DNA of 64,000 nt from Malacoraja senta (taxonomy: Eukaryota). The stretch spans positions 19,036,001 through 19,100,000 of the forward strand of contig CM075989.1 in NCBI GenBank assembly GCA_038087875.1, read 5' to 3'. Positions 26,047 through 38,670 of this stretch are shown here, in pieces. The position numbers and the translations under genes were made by a program. Each line of letters begins with the position of its first letter. The first letter of the stretch is position 1. The notes beneath the pieces are model-generated. The model searched no databases. It was given only the letters and a program-made list of their open reading frames with translations, and was not told the origin of the DNA.

Positions 26047-27238
26047 GCTGGGATCAATGTTTAAACCCAATGCTTGGGCAGTACCAAGAGAGAAACGTGT
26101 GCGAAACATGAGCATATATTTGTGACAGCCATGCGTACATTTTGTCAAATTCAGCAATTTAACTTCAATGCAATTGAAGTTTGATAGCGTCAGACAACAT
26201 CCTTCAGGAAGTGGTACTGACTACACATGAATTTCTGGGCATCAGATTTGCTAATATAAAAACTAAATTGTGCCTTGCCTGTTTAACGGGCATTACAGGA
26301 GCATCAATTATAGATGACGTCTGTCCCCATTCCATGCCAGGAATACGTTGCCAACCATATCAGCTATAGTTCCTTTATAGTCAAATGCTAGAGGGCATAG
26401 ACTTTAGGTGAGATGGGCAAAGTGTAAAGGAGATGTGCAGGGCAAATTATTTTACACTGAGAGTTGTGAGTGCCTGGAACATGCTGGTGGTGGTGGAGGC
26501 TGATACGACAGTGACATTTGAGAGGCTTTTGGATAGGCACATGGATATGCCGGGAATGGAGGGAAATGGATTACATGCAGGCTGATAGGAGTTGGTCTTG
26601 GCATCATGTTCGGCACAGACATTGTGGGCTGAAGGCCCTGTTCCTGCGTTGTGATGTTCTATATTCTATCTGTAAGCCCCTAGGCTACACACCTGAAAAC
26701 CGTGTCTTTGTGTCTGCTTGACGACAGCATGAGGCGTTCAAGCTGCAATCAGCTTCTTTGGCACAGCAGCCTTGTGAGGAATTTTGCTGGGGGAATTTGA
26801 CTGGTCAGATAGCATCTGTAGAGGGAATTAACAGATGACGTTTTGGGTCAGGATCCTTCTTCAGCCCAAAGGACAGAGAGAGAGTTTAATTGTTATATGA
26901 ACTGACAATGAAACACTTGTCTTACTTGCAGCAGCATGACATGGCTCTAAACACAATATAGTGTATATTGTGATACATGGATAATATGCACAGATGGTCT
27001 GAAGAAGGATTCCCACCCAAAACATTGTCTATTCATTCCCTTCACAGATGCTGTCTGACCAGCTGCGTCCCTCCAGCACTTTGAGATTTGCACTAGATTC
27101 TGGCATCTGCAGTTCCTTTTGTCACCATGCCAGGAGTTCTTATTGCTAACTCTGAACTATTTTATTTACCTGAGCAGAAGTTTGCTCAGAAGAACAGTGT
27201 TGTCCTTCTCCTCTGCACATTCTCCAAAATGCTTCTAG

Positions 27239-27550
27239 TTTAGTTTACGATGTTAGCTTTGAGGTACAACATGAAACAAGCCCTTGGGCCCACCGAGTTT
27301 ACACCGACCTGTTCGCACCAGTTCTATGTTATCCCACTTTCTCACCCACTCCCTGTACACTAGGGGCCATTTACAAAGGGCCAATTAACGTACAAACCTG
27401 CGTGTCTGTGGCTAGTGGGAGCACCCGTAGAAAACCCATGCAGTCACAGGGAGAACATGGAAACTCTGCATATACAGCACCTGAGGTTAGGATCGGACTT
27501 GGGTCTCTGCCGCTTTGAGGCAACATCTCTACCAGCTGCCCTTCTGTGCT
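27239..27550 (-). mobile_element. HE1 SINE
   Basis: Diverged copy. Confidence 0.78.
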
Positions 27551-28043
27551 GCCTGTAACTACCTCGGATTGTGTAGTTACCGAAGTCGGCTTCTGAACCA
27601 AGCTTGCCAATTTAGGAATCAGTCAGCTGTGACTGGGTTGTGCTGGGCTCCTGCATTTCCTCAGCAGGGTGCCATCCAATCCAAATTAAAGGTGATTTTC
27701 AAATACGTGGCAGAGAAAGCCACAAAACAAACATGTCCCCATAAACTGTGTTAATCGAAGCATGTGTAAGAAGGAACTGCAGATGCTGGTTTAAACCAAA
27801 GGTTTAAATGCTGGAGTAACTCATCGGGACAGGCAGAATGTCTGGAGAGAAGGAATAGCATTTTGGGTCGAGACCCTTCTTCAGACTTAATCTAAGCATA
27901 GTTACTGAAGAGGAAAACCCCCCAACATAACTGATAAAAAATTTGCAGTGTTCTTTGCAAACGTAACTTTTGACACACTATTAATAGTGTGTACCACACT
28001 ATACCAAACTAATGATTTAAAGTTATTGGTAAAGAAAGATTAT

Positions 28044-28243
28044 NNNNNNNNNNNNNNNNNNNNNNNNNNNNNNNNNNNNNNNNNNNNNNNNNNNNNNNNN
28101 NNNNNNNNNNNNNNNNNNNNNNNNNNNNNNNNNNNNNNNNNNNNNNNNNNNNNNNNNNNNNNNNNNNNNNNNNNNNNNNNNNNNNNNNNNNNNNNNNNNN
28201 NNNNNNNNNNNNNNNNNNNNNNNNNNNNNNNNNNNNNNNNNNN
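28044..28243. other. Assembly gap (200 N)
   Basis: Run of exactly 200 N, a placeholder size. Confidence 1.
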
Positions 28244-28930
28244 TATCGTCAAACTCAAGCAATTGGGACTCTGCTTATCTTTATGCAACTGGATCCTCGA
28301 GTTCCCCATCAACAGATCTCAATCAGTATAGATTTCCTCCTTGATAACCATCAGTATAGGGACATCACAGGGTTGTGTGCTTAGCCTCCCCCCTCTTCTC
28401 ACTCTACACCCATGACTGTATATGCAACCACAGCTCTACCACCATTTTTAAACTTGCAGATGATACCACTGTCGATGGACAAAAAATGGGTAACTTGAGC
28501 CAGAGTACAGGAACGAGATCAATAATCTAGTTTAGTTTAGTTTAGAGATACGGCGTGGAAACAGGACTTCAGCCCACCGAGTCCACGCTGACCAGCGATC
28601 CCCGCACACTAACACCATCCTATACACACTAGGGACAATGTACAATTATACCGTCAATTTACCTACAAACCTGCACGTCTTTGGAGTGGTTGAATGGGAT
28701 TCATATAACAATCGTGCTCTTAACATTAGGAAGACCAAGGAGCTGATTGTTGTCTACAGGAAGGGAAAGCTGAGGGACCATGGACCTGTCTTCATCAGTG
28801 GGACCGCGGTGGTGAGTTAACAGGTTTAAGTTGCAGTTTCAAGGGTATACACATCTCTGAAGATCTGTCCAGGGCCCATCACATTCATGGAATCTCAAAG
28901 GCATCTACAAGAGATGCGCCAATATCATCA
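28244..28930 (+). mobile_element. Rex1/Babar-like LINE RT fragment with a nested HE1 SINE 3' part (28528-28689)
   Basis: LCNWILEF, QGCVLS, ADDTTV and LNIRKTKELIV remnants. Confidence 0.75.
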
Positions 28931-29189
28931 ACCCCCCCCCCCCCCCCACCACCACCACCACCCCCCCCCCATTGTTTCACTACAATAAATCTTATGAAAT
29001 ATTGTAAGAAAATTAAATTTGAAAAAGCTCTTTCCAACAATGTCACCATTGAGCAATGACAACATGCAGAAAAAAAGAAAGCTAGTTATATTTCTGTGAT
29101 CGAAACTGATAACAGAATATAAAGAATGCTGTTGGCAACAATTATTATAACTTGTAGAAACAAACAACGCAGCTGGTGTTTTATACGAA

Positions 29190-29322
29190 AGATAGACACA
29201 AAATGTTGGAGTAACTCAGCGGGTCAGGCAGCAGCTCTGGAGAAAAAAGATGGGTAACGTTTCGGGTCGGGACCCTTCTTTAGAGTGAAGAAGGGTCTTG
29301 ACCCGAAACGTCGCCCATTCCT
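29190..29322. mobile_element. PLE-tail derivative with two back-to-back degenerate hammerhead cores
   Basis: AACGTTTCGGGTCGGGACCCTTCTTTAGAGTGAAGAAGGGTCTTGACCCGAAACGTC. Confidence 0.75.
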
Positions 29323-30008
29323 TGAAATTAGTTTAAGAAACTAATTAGAGTGTTAATTCTTGTTTTGGTTTTATGTGCGTGAAGCTGTTGAACATATTGA
29401 TGACGTAACATTCCTATGATTCTTCTCAAGAAAGAAAACCTATTTATCTCTTCTGAGTGTCAACATGCTATCAAAAATGTAGGTGAATCAAGTTAGGTCA
29501 GCCTGATATGTTTCTATATTTAGCTCTACGGTGTAGAACCCGAGAATCACCCATCCCTGCCAAGAGTAAACCTACCCATTCCATCTCTTACCATCACCGG
29601 TGCCATCACTGTTCTTGATGTGCTCTCCAGCTTCTGCAACAGCTTCTTTCCAACAAACATCACTTTTGAACACAGCACAACACTAAACTCAGCAAAGATA
29701 GACACAAAATGCTGGAGTAACTCAGCGGGACAGGCAGCATCTCTGGAGAGAAGGAATTACTTCAGCATTTTTTGTCTATCTTCGATTTAAGCCAGCATCT
29801 GCAGTTCTTTCCTACACACTATACTCCACACTAACCTCAGCAACTTCGATCTTCTATGGACTTTGCTTTGGTTGCACTACGGATTTGGTTTTGCACTATC
29901 ATGGTCTGGTTACCTTGTATTACTGATTATTAATTATTTGTATTATTGATTGTTGTATATTTATTTAGTATTATTCTGTTAATGGGCCTGTAAAGCTGCA
30001 GTAAGTAA

Positions 30009-30235
30009 AGGGCCTGTCCCACTTTCACGACCTAATTCATGACCTTTTATACTCGTGGACATTTTTCATCATGTTGAAAAAACGCCCCAACCTACTTGAT
30101 GTCATGAGTACCTACGACTAACATCACGACCTACCTACGGCCTCCTATGACCTCGTGACGACCATGCTGCGAGTACGAGTCAAGGGCAAACTCGGCAGAG
30201 GTCGTGAATTAGGTCGTGAAAGTGGGACAGGCCCT
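30009..30235. mobile_element. PIF/Harbinger-like MITE
   Basis: TIR AGGGCCTGTCCCACTTTCACGACCTAATTCA; TAA TSD at 30006-30008 and 30236-30238; interrupts a LINE tail. Confidence 0.9.
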
Positions 30236-32650
30236 TAAGAATCTCATTGTTCTATTGCCAGTACATGACAATTCAACACTCTTAACTCTTGAATTAATCT
30301 GTTGCTGGAACTATCATCTTTGCAACCTTAACTTGAATGAGTGCACTCTTGAGTAGAACCTACACCCTCTCCGCTGTACACCCAAAATCATCCAAAACTC
30401 TATTGTCCAAGTCTTTATTACCACCAAATCTTAATATCTCATCAGTCTCAATATCTGTGTACCTGACCTCTACTAATTCATGGTTAAGCAACACCTCCAT
30501 TTTAAAATGCGTACTCTTATTTTTCATTTCATCCATGGCCTTGCCCTAACTTTCTCTGTAATTTCCTCCAGCCCTACATACTTTAGAAATCTCTAATTTG
30601 ACCCTCTGCTTGCAATTCAAAGACGTGCGGGTCTCTAGGTTGGAAGAAGGGTTCCGACTCGAAACATCACCTCTCCTTTTTCGCCAGCAATGCTGCATGA
30701 TCCACTGAGTTACTCCAGCACTTTGTGTGTCTATCTTCGGTATAAACCACCATCTGCAGTTCCTTCCTACACTTCCAGGTTAATTGGCCTCTGCAAATTG
30801 CCCCTAGTGTGTAAGGAGTGAATGAGAAAGTGGGATAACATAGAACTAGTGTGATCGATGGTTAGTGTGGACTTGGTGGGCCAAAAGGGCAGTTTCCAAG
30901 TTGTATCTTTCAATCAATCAACCTTATTTATGCTCGATGGTAGACACAAAATGCTGGAGTAACTCAGGCAGCAACTCTGGAGAATTTTGCTTGATTGTTG
31001 GGGTTGGGCTCTCAGCTATCAAGTGCCTAACACTGGAATACCCTCCATGAACTTCTCTGCCAAACCTCATTGTCTTCCTCTACTCTTCTGCTTGATATTT
31101 ACCTCTTTACCTAATCTTTTGGCCCCCTGCCCAAATAATTCCATAAATGGCTTGGTGTCAAATTATATTTGATAACATTACAGCAAGGCATTTTGGGATG
31201 TTTTGCTAGGCTAACAATTGTCAGTTGTTATATATTTTTGTCTCAACCCATTTTGTGAGAACATGTGATGTATTGTGTTTGCATATACAATAGGTCATTG
31301 TGAATGGAAATCATTTTTACATGAGATCACCTGTACCTTATCCTTAAGATGATCTCAGTAAGTATGATACTAGTTATACACTGGTGATTCTGTCAGCACC
31401 ATTCCATACAGCTCCAAGCTCAAAAGCAGTGCAATGCGTCAACAACCAGTAATGGAACAAGAACATTATTATGTGCTGCAGCTTAACAGGCTCCTTTAAG
31501 CAATAACGCACAAGTCAATATACGTATAATAATCACTCATGCAATAAATTAATCATCGCAATACTAGGGAACCATAATGATGCAAAGACTGAAGTCTGTA
31601 GTGCAACCAAAGACACAGTCCATAGTGGATTACAGTTGCTGAGGTTAGTGTTGTATACTGTTCAAGAGCCTGATGGTTGCTGGGTAGAAGCTATTCTTAA
31701 ACCAGGAGGTCATGGTTTTCGGGCTTCTGTATGTTCTGGATGAGAGCGTGGCCAAGGTGGTGTGGGTGATATTGGCTGCTCTTTTAAAGAGTATTGGTTT
31801 CCTGGCTGAAAGAAAGGTATATCTACTTTAGAAATGGTAAGTTGAAGATTCACAAACTGACTCATAGGATGAGCTATGAGGACAGATTGAAACCGAACAA
31901 CGATCTCATTAAAACCTATAAACGTCTCAGAGTTTTGACTGGGGAAATATGAGAGTTTAGAAACATAGAAAATAGGTGGAGTAGGCCATTCGGCCCTTCG
32001 AGCCAGCAGCGCCATTCAATATGATCATGGCTGGTCATCCAAAATCAGCACTTCGATCCGGCTTTTTCCCCATATCCCTTGATTCCTTTAGCCATAAAAG
32101 CTAAATCTAACTCTCTCTTGAAAACATCCAGTGAATTGGGCTCCACTGCCTTCTGTGGCAGAGAATTCCACAGATTCACAACTCTCTGGGTGAAAAAGTT
32201 TTTCCTCATATTATTTCAAATATCTATCAAATATTTCAAATTGCTACTAATGCAAACATGACTTTTCTGATATCTGTTCTGCAGATATTTCACATATCTG
32301 CATACTTCCATAATTCACATACTTCCAATGCAAAGATCTGAAATGGACCTCACCTAAGCAAAGATTCTGTTAAATTTCCTCACAGCTCAACTGGGCAAGA
32401 TACCCCCTTGGTAGTTCAGGGGATTGATTCATTGCTGTCAATTCAGAACATCATTGATTTTCCAATTATTGTCGTGTATTGAATAGGCAGACAATTGCAC
32501 ATTCTCCCTGTGACCGCGTGGGTTTCCTCCGGGTGCTCGTTTCCTCCCACATCCCAAACACGTGTTGGTTTGGACGTTAATTGGCCTCTATAAATTGCTC
32601 CTAAAGTGTCGGGAGTGGATAAGAAAGTGGGATAACATAGAACTAGTGTG

Positions 32651-32847
32651 TGGTAGACAAAAGTGCTGGAGAAACGCAGCGGGTGCAGCAGCATCTATGG
32701 AGCAAAGAAATTAGGCTATTAGGATATAGGCTATTTAGAAATAGGAAATAGCCTATTTCCTTCGCTCCATAGATGCTGCTGCACCCGCTGAGTTTCTCCA
32801 GCACTTTTGTCTACCTTCGATTTTCCAGCATCTGCAGTTCCTTCTTA
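32651..32847 (+). mobile_element. Fold-back PLE-tail derivative nested in an HE1 SINE
   Basis: Inverted arms; perfect 17-bp TSD AACATAGAACTAGTGTG at 32634-32650 and 32848-32864 duplicating SINE sequence. Confidence 0.9.
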
Positions 32848-33672
32848 AACATAGAACTAGTGTGAATGGGTGATCAATGTTCAGCATGAATTTGGTGAAC
32901 TGAAGGCCTGTTTCCATGCTCTATCTCTAAACTGAACATCCCACCTGATTCTCCCATCTCTACTGTTACACCCCACAGGGTTTACTAATGAAGGACAATG
33001 GGCCAAGTAATATCCTTTCTTTGATTCCATCTTATAGATACGTCCAGAGTGTCATCATTGTTGTCTATGAAATCAGTCCCATTTTCCTTTTCTTTACCCT
33101 TTCTCATATGTTTGAACGATCGGTGGCATCGTGGCCAGATACCTGTGTTCAAACCTGACCTTGGGTGCATTCTGTGTGGAGTTTGCATGTTCTCCCTGTG
33201 ACTACATGTATTTCATCCGGGTGTTCTGGCTTCCTCCCACCGGGGAAAGGGAAAAGAGAGATATAGAACAAATGAATGAAAGATATGCAAAAAAGTAACG
33301 ATGATCAAGGAAACGGTCCATTGTTGGCTGTGGGCTACGTGAAAACGAGTTGTACAAAGAATGAAACTCGCTGAGTTACTGAAGCTTTTTGTGTCTATCT
33401 TCGGTGTAAACCAGCATCTGCGGTTCCTTCCTACACCTTTTGTCCACCTATCACTTGCCAGACTTTACCCCACCACCATCCCCACCTCTCTTTTCCAGTT
33501 TTCTCCCCTACTCCATCAGTGTGAAGCAGGATCCCAGACCAAGGCGTTGTCTGTCCATTCCCTCCACTGATGCTGCCTGACCTGCTGAGTTCCTCCAGCA
33601 CTTTGTGTTTTGTTCAAGATTCCAGCACTTGCAGTTCCTTGCGTCTCCGCGCCACCAGCCCAATGGCCGCTG

Positions 33673-33960
33673 CAGCGCCCCCTGGCGTCGCGGAGTACTT
33701 CACCGGCGTTCCCCTCCAGTCCCGGAGTACTTCACCAGCGCCCCCTGGCGTCGCGGAGTACTTCACCGGCGTTCCCCTCCAGTCCCGGAGTACTTCACCA
33801 GCGCCCCCTGGCGTCGCGGAGTACTTCACCGGCGTTCCCCTCCAGTCCCGGAGTACTTCACCAGCGCCCCCTGGCGTCGAGGAGTACTTCACCGGCGTTC
33901 CCCTCCAGTCCCGGAGTACTTCACCAGCGCCCCCCCTCCGCGTCGAGGAGTACTTCACCC
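33673..33960. repeat. 63-bp CpG-rich minisatellite, 4 full units plus a partial fifth
   Basis: Unit CAGCGCCCCCTGGCGTCGCGGAGTACTTCACCGGCGTTCCCCTCCAGTCCCGGAGTACTTCAC starts at 33673, 33736, 33799, 33862 and 33925. Confidence 0.97.
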
Positions 33961-34057
33961 ACACCTCCGACATCGCGCCGCATCTGTTGTTGCCCAGCGA
34001 CGCTTTGCCGTAAACGATCTTCCTCCGCCCAGCGGCTCGTCTTTGCGACCCGGCAAC

Positions 34058-34115
34058 ATGGCGGACATGACAGACTTGTTCGGCAGCGACGCGGACAGCG
34101 AGCCAGAGCAGAAAG
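34058..34115 (+). CDS. LEO1: LEO1 coding exon 1 (MADMTDLFGSDADSEPEQK)
   Basis: ATG in AACATGG context inside a CpG island. The peptide matches the vertebrate LEO1 N-terminus (human MADMEDLFGSDADSE). Donor G|GTAGC, phase 1. Confidence 0.95.
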
Positions 34116-34462
34116 GTAGCGCCGCCCTGCGAAGGGCTGACCACTGGTGGGTGGGTGGGTGGCTGGGTGCCCGCGGGGGTGGGCGAGCGGGCGGGAGCCC
34201 GGCCCAGGGACCGAGCCTAGTCACCCGGGTCAATCGACGACCCGGCTCAATCCCGGGGCCAGGGCCAGGGCCGCTGGTTTGTGACTTCACTGTAGAGAAA
34301 CAAGAGCATCTTCAAAATGTATGTCTGCAGAGCAGTGCAGCGAGCAAGACAGATGCATGATTATATGGGATATTGTTAGGGCCTAGAATATACTGAGGAG
34401 AACGTCTTGGTAGTACAAAATTAATTGATCACAGCTGGAATATATATATTTATTGTCACCAA

Positions 34463-34649
34463 GGTAGACAAAAGTGCTGGAGAAACTCAGCGGGTGCAGC
34501 AGCATCTATGGAGCGAAGGAAATAGGTAACGTTTCGGCCCGAAACGTTGCCTATTTCCTTCGCTCCATAGATGCTGCTGCACCCGCTGAGTTTTTCCAGC
34601 ACTTTTGTCCACCTTCGATTTTCCAGCATCTGCAGTTCCTTCTTAAACA
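34463..34649 (+). mobile_element. Fold-back PLE-tail derivative in LEO1 intron 1
   Basis: About 77-bp inverted arms centred on 34538. The sense arm matches the tail at 58907-59020. TSD ATTT(A/C)TTGTCACCAA at 34448-34462 and 34650-34664. Confidence 0.9.
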
Positions 34650-34823
34650 ATTTCTTGTCACCAAACTATGACAAGATCCTCCCTTACATAGAACAAACAG
34701 TACAGCGCAGGAACTGCCCCTTTGCTCGACAAAGTCCACGCAAAACAGGTTCATATTAAAGTTAAACTAACCTCCCTATAAGGTGAGAGGGAACAGATTT
34801 AATAGGAACTCGAGGGGCAACTT

Positions 34824-35790
34824 TAGTTTATTGTCACATGTACTGAGGTACAGTAAACAGGTTTTTGTTGCGTGCTATCCAGTCAGCCGAAAGGCTATAC
34901 ATGATTACGGTCGAGCCATCCACAGTGTACAGATACAAGATAAAGGGAATAATGTTTAGTGCAAGATAAAGTTCAGTAAAGTCTGTTTATAAATAGTCCG
35001 AGGGTCGCCAATGAAGTAGATGGTAGTACAGGACTAATTGTTGATGGGATCGTTCAGTTGTGTGATGATAGTTGGGAAGAAACTGTCCTTGAATCTGGAG
35101 GCATGCGTCTTCATACTTCTATACATCTTGCCTGATGGGAAAGGGAAAATGAGGGAGTGACTGGAGTGAGACTCGTCCTTGATTTTGCTGACGACGTTGC
35201 TGAGGCAGCGTGAAGTGTAGATGGAGTCAATGCAAGGGAGGTTGATTTGTGTGATCATCTGGGCTGCATCCGCAATTCTCTCCAATTTTGTGGGGTCTTG
35301 GATGGAGCTGTTCCCAAACCATTCTGTGATGCATCCTGATAAAACGTGTACCGCTTCACTTCCTGAAGTCGATCGCTATCTCTTTGTCTTGCTGACATTG
35401 AGAGTAAGATTATTGTTTTGACAATTGGGTACGAGGTTCTCAATCTGTCATTATTTGATATCTGGCTCACTGTGGAGGTGTTGTCTGCATTTTGTAAATT
35501 GAGTTGGATTTATACTTGGCTGCAGTCGTGGGTGTGTAAGGAGTAAGGTGGGGGGAGGCTGAGAACGTATCCTTGTGGAGCACCAGTGTTGAGGATTGTC
35601 GAAGAGGATGATTTGTCCCCTATCCTCACTGATTGTGGGCTGTTGGTCAGGAAGTCGAGGATCCAGATGCAAACATGAGTGCTGAGTTCCAAGTTCTACA
35701 AATTTGGTGATGAGCTTGGATGGGATAATGGTATTAAAAGCAGAGGTGTAGTGTATGAATAGAGGTCTGACATAGGTGTCTCTCTTATCC
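34824..35790 (-). mobile_element. Rex1/Babar-like LINE 3' fragment nested in a CR1 fragment
   Basis: [40 protein letters not shown] and SRFKDSFFP motifs. CR1 sequence is broken at ~34823 and resumes at ~35794. Confidence 0.8.
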
Positions 35791-35989
35791 AGGTTTTTCC
35801 ACACAGAGGGTAGTGGGTATATGGAATGAGCTGCCAGAGGAAATAGTTTAGGCAGCTATAATAATAGCAGTTAAAATACACTTTTGACAGGTGCGTGGAT
35901 AGGAACAGTTTAGTGGTATATGGGCCAAAGTTGGGAAAATGGGGCTAACCTAGATGGAGCATTTGGTCGACATGGATCAGTTATGCCGA

Positions 35990-36087
35990 GTCTGAAGAAG
36001 GGTCTCGACACAAAACGTCGCCCATTCCTTCTCTCTATAGATGCTGCTTCACCCGCTGAGTTTCTCCAGCATTTTTTAAATCTATTT
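35990..36087 (+). mobile_element. PLE-tail derivative inserted in a CR1 tail
   Basis: Starts GTCTGAAGAAGGGTCTCGAC; 13-bp TSD TCAGTTATGCCGA at 35977-35989 and 36088-36100. Confidence 0.85.
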
Positions 36088-38670
36088 TCAGTTATGCCGA
36101 AGGGCCTGTTTCCATACTGTATGACTCCTCTGACTGCACGTCATCCATATTGCTCCATTCCCTGCATATCCATTTGCCTCTTAAATGCCACTATCGTAGC
36201 AACCTTCACCAACTCTGGTAGTACGTCCCAGGCTATAAGAAAACTTATCTCTCTTAGCTATATGGTGAGAGCATAGAAATTGGCATCTTTCCTTATCTGA
36301 CACGCTTTGGTCTCCTTTTCACCTCTAGCTTTTATCTCTATTTCTACCCATCTGCCAATCAACCACCCCTCATCCATATCCAGCTATTACTTGCCAGGCT
36401 TTGGCCCATCCCTAACTCTCATTTCCAGCTTTCAACCCCCCACCCTCGCCTCCGCTACAGTCTGAAGAAGGGTCCGCACCCAATATGTCTTCTGTTCATT
36501 TCATCGACAGGTGGACACACAGTGCTGGAGTAACTCAGTTGGTCATGCAACAGCACCTTTTTTAGATTGGTCCTCATCACCTCTTTGCTCTATATAGAAG
36601 AAGGTTGCTGAATTTAATCATGCATTCGAGCAGGAAAAGCATTCCTGCTCTCCATCATTTGTGATAAATTCAGCTACAGAAGAAATAACAAATGTTCTAA
36701 TTTTCCTTGTTCACTTGTGATATTCGGCACAGAGGCAACTTTTAGGTCTAGTGTGTGGGTCAAGCATGTGGAGCTAAATAAATTAATAATAAATATATCT
36801 CCTTTAAATTGGAAAGAAGGCAATTGTGAGGTAGTCAAACACATTTTTGGTTAATTGTTAGACTGCATAACTATTAGAGCAAGTATTATCTTTTCTACAT
36901 TAGCACTGGAATAAATAAAATCCACCAATCTGAAAATTCTGACCTTAAATCATGAAACTTAGAGGAAACTATTGCTCGATCCTACGTATGAAAATTTAAA
37001 ATAAAATATGTTATTCAACATTTCAGAAAAATTAAACTATTAGTTGTTGATTAGAGTGCATAGAAGTTGGGAATGAGACTAGTAGTAAGATAGTAATATC
37101 AAATGTCCAAACATCCTAACTCCAGAAATTGCAATTCAGAGGCTGCTGATTTAATCGAATTTTAAGTCCTCACCTGGCATAGTTTTCATTTGTCTTTTTT
37201 AATAAGGTAGCTGGAAAGGTGTTCATTGTGTACATTACAGGGTACAAGAATATCACAGTCTCACTAGGTGGGAAAATGATTGCCAGGTTCCAACAGGAGA
37301 TTCTCTCCAGCTGTTAAGTGCACGGCACATGTTTATGCAATTTCTGATTACTCCTGACATTAATTTAAATTTCAGAACACTTATTGGAATGAATTTCTGC
37401 CTTTTTGGATTATTTCTTGATCTGTGGCCCGTTGCTCAAGAATACTCATTTCAGTGCCAATTCATTTCAAATCTGATTCAAACTTGGTATGATTGAATTC
37501 ATTTGAAAGTTGTGTTTGAAAATGATATTGATTTATTTTTCTTCTATAAGAAAAATATCTGTAACCCCACCGTCTACTCCAACGCAGCTTCACAATAATT
37601 GTTGATGGGCTTAGTATCAGAAAAAAGTATTATTGTCTGAATTATTGAATAAAAAGAGTTACTTAATCAGTTCTTTGGCCATTGTTGCCATTGATGTCCA
37701 GTGAGTGAGTTAAATTGAAAACATTTGGAAATTGAACTCATTTCCTATCATGAATTAGTTTCTACAGACCACAAGTAATACTTCAGAACACTAAACACCT
37801 GAGCACATTGAGATGCTGATTTTGCAGAGTAAATGCACTGTTTTAAAACTAAATTACAGCAGTTCTTCTGTAACTACAGTTGCTGTGCTACATGCTCTTG
37901 ATTTCTTTGCTTGAAACTGCCATATATTTTGGCCAATAAATAACCTCTATGTTAGTGAAATGATTAAAGTGCAATGCAAAGGTAGACAAGTGCAATGCAA
38001 GAATACTTTACAAAATTATAATGCAGTTTTTTGTAAAACACAAAGCCCGTGAGCAATTTGGTGGGTCAGGCAGCATCTGTAGAAGGAAATAGACAGACCA
38101 CATTTCGGGTCTGGACCCTTCTTCAGATAAAATGCAGTGTTCCAAATGTAGTTTTGTGCTTATTTGTTCAGCGTATTTATTTCCTCAAATCAGGAACGGG
38201 GGAAAGTGCTGAAAATAGTACTTGTTCAAAAAAAAAGCTCGCAATATCTCTTGTGATAATTTAGCTCAAGAAATATTTTTAAATTATAAGGTGGCATGTT
38301 TTCCACACATCAATTGTCCAATATCTCAATTCAATGAACAACAACAAAAAGTCACTGTTCTGAAATATTAGTTTTTATCTTTCTCTTTGTGACTTACCGA
38401 GTACTTCTAACATTATTGGTTTTTAGCTTTTAGATTTCTACCTTCCACACATTTTTTTGGGATAAAACATATTGAGGCTGAGTTGTTTGTAATGAAGTGT
38501 CCAGGGTTTGCAAATGTATGAAATTGGTAGAAATAAAGGACTAGCTATTTCGTACATCATTGTATTAGAATAAGAAGGTCTTTATATTAATGTCAAATCT
38601 CCTTTTTACATGAATGGATTGATGCTAGCAGAATTAGATTAATTTGGTTACTTGTCTTTTATGTTTGCAG

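Larger units (their letters stand above)
33645..34275 (+). promoter_or_regulatory. LEO1: LEO1 CpG-island promoter and 5' region
   Basis: High GC and CpG spanning the start codon. X-box-like GTTGCCCAGCGAC at 33989-34001; YY1-like AACATGGCGG overlapping the ATG. Confidence 0.8.

Noticed and set aside
27948..28331. ORFs containing long X runs
   Set aside because: Artefacts of the N gap.
33673..33960. Regularly spaced GGAGTACTTCAC motifs resembling a CRISPR array
   Set aside because: The intervening sequences are themselves identical repeats, not unique spacers; vertebrate context and no cas genes.
33605..34360. 251-aa ORF in frame with LEO1 exon 1, suggesting an N-terminal extension
   Set aside because: It starts at GTG in repeat sequence, has no in-frame ATG before 34058, and is open only because the 63-bp GC-rich unit lacks stops. 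The conserved N-terminus starts at 34058.
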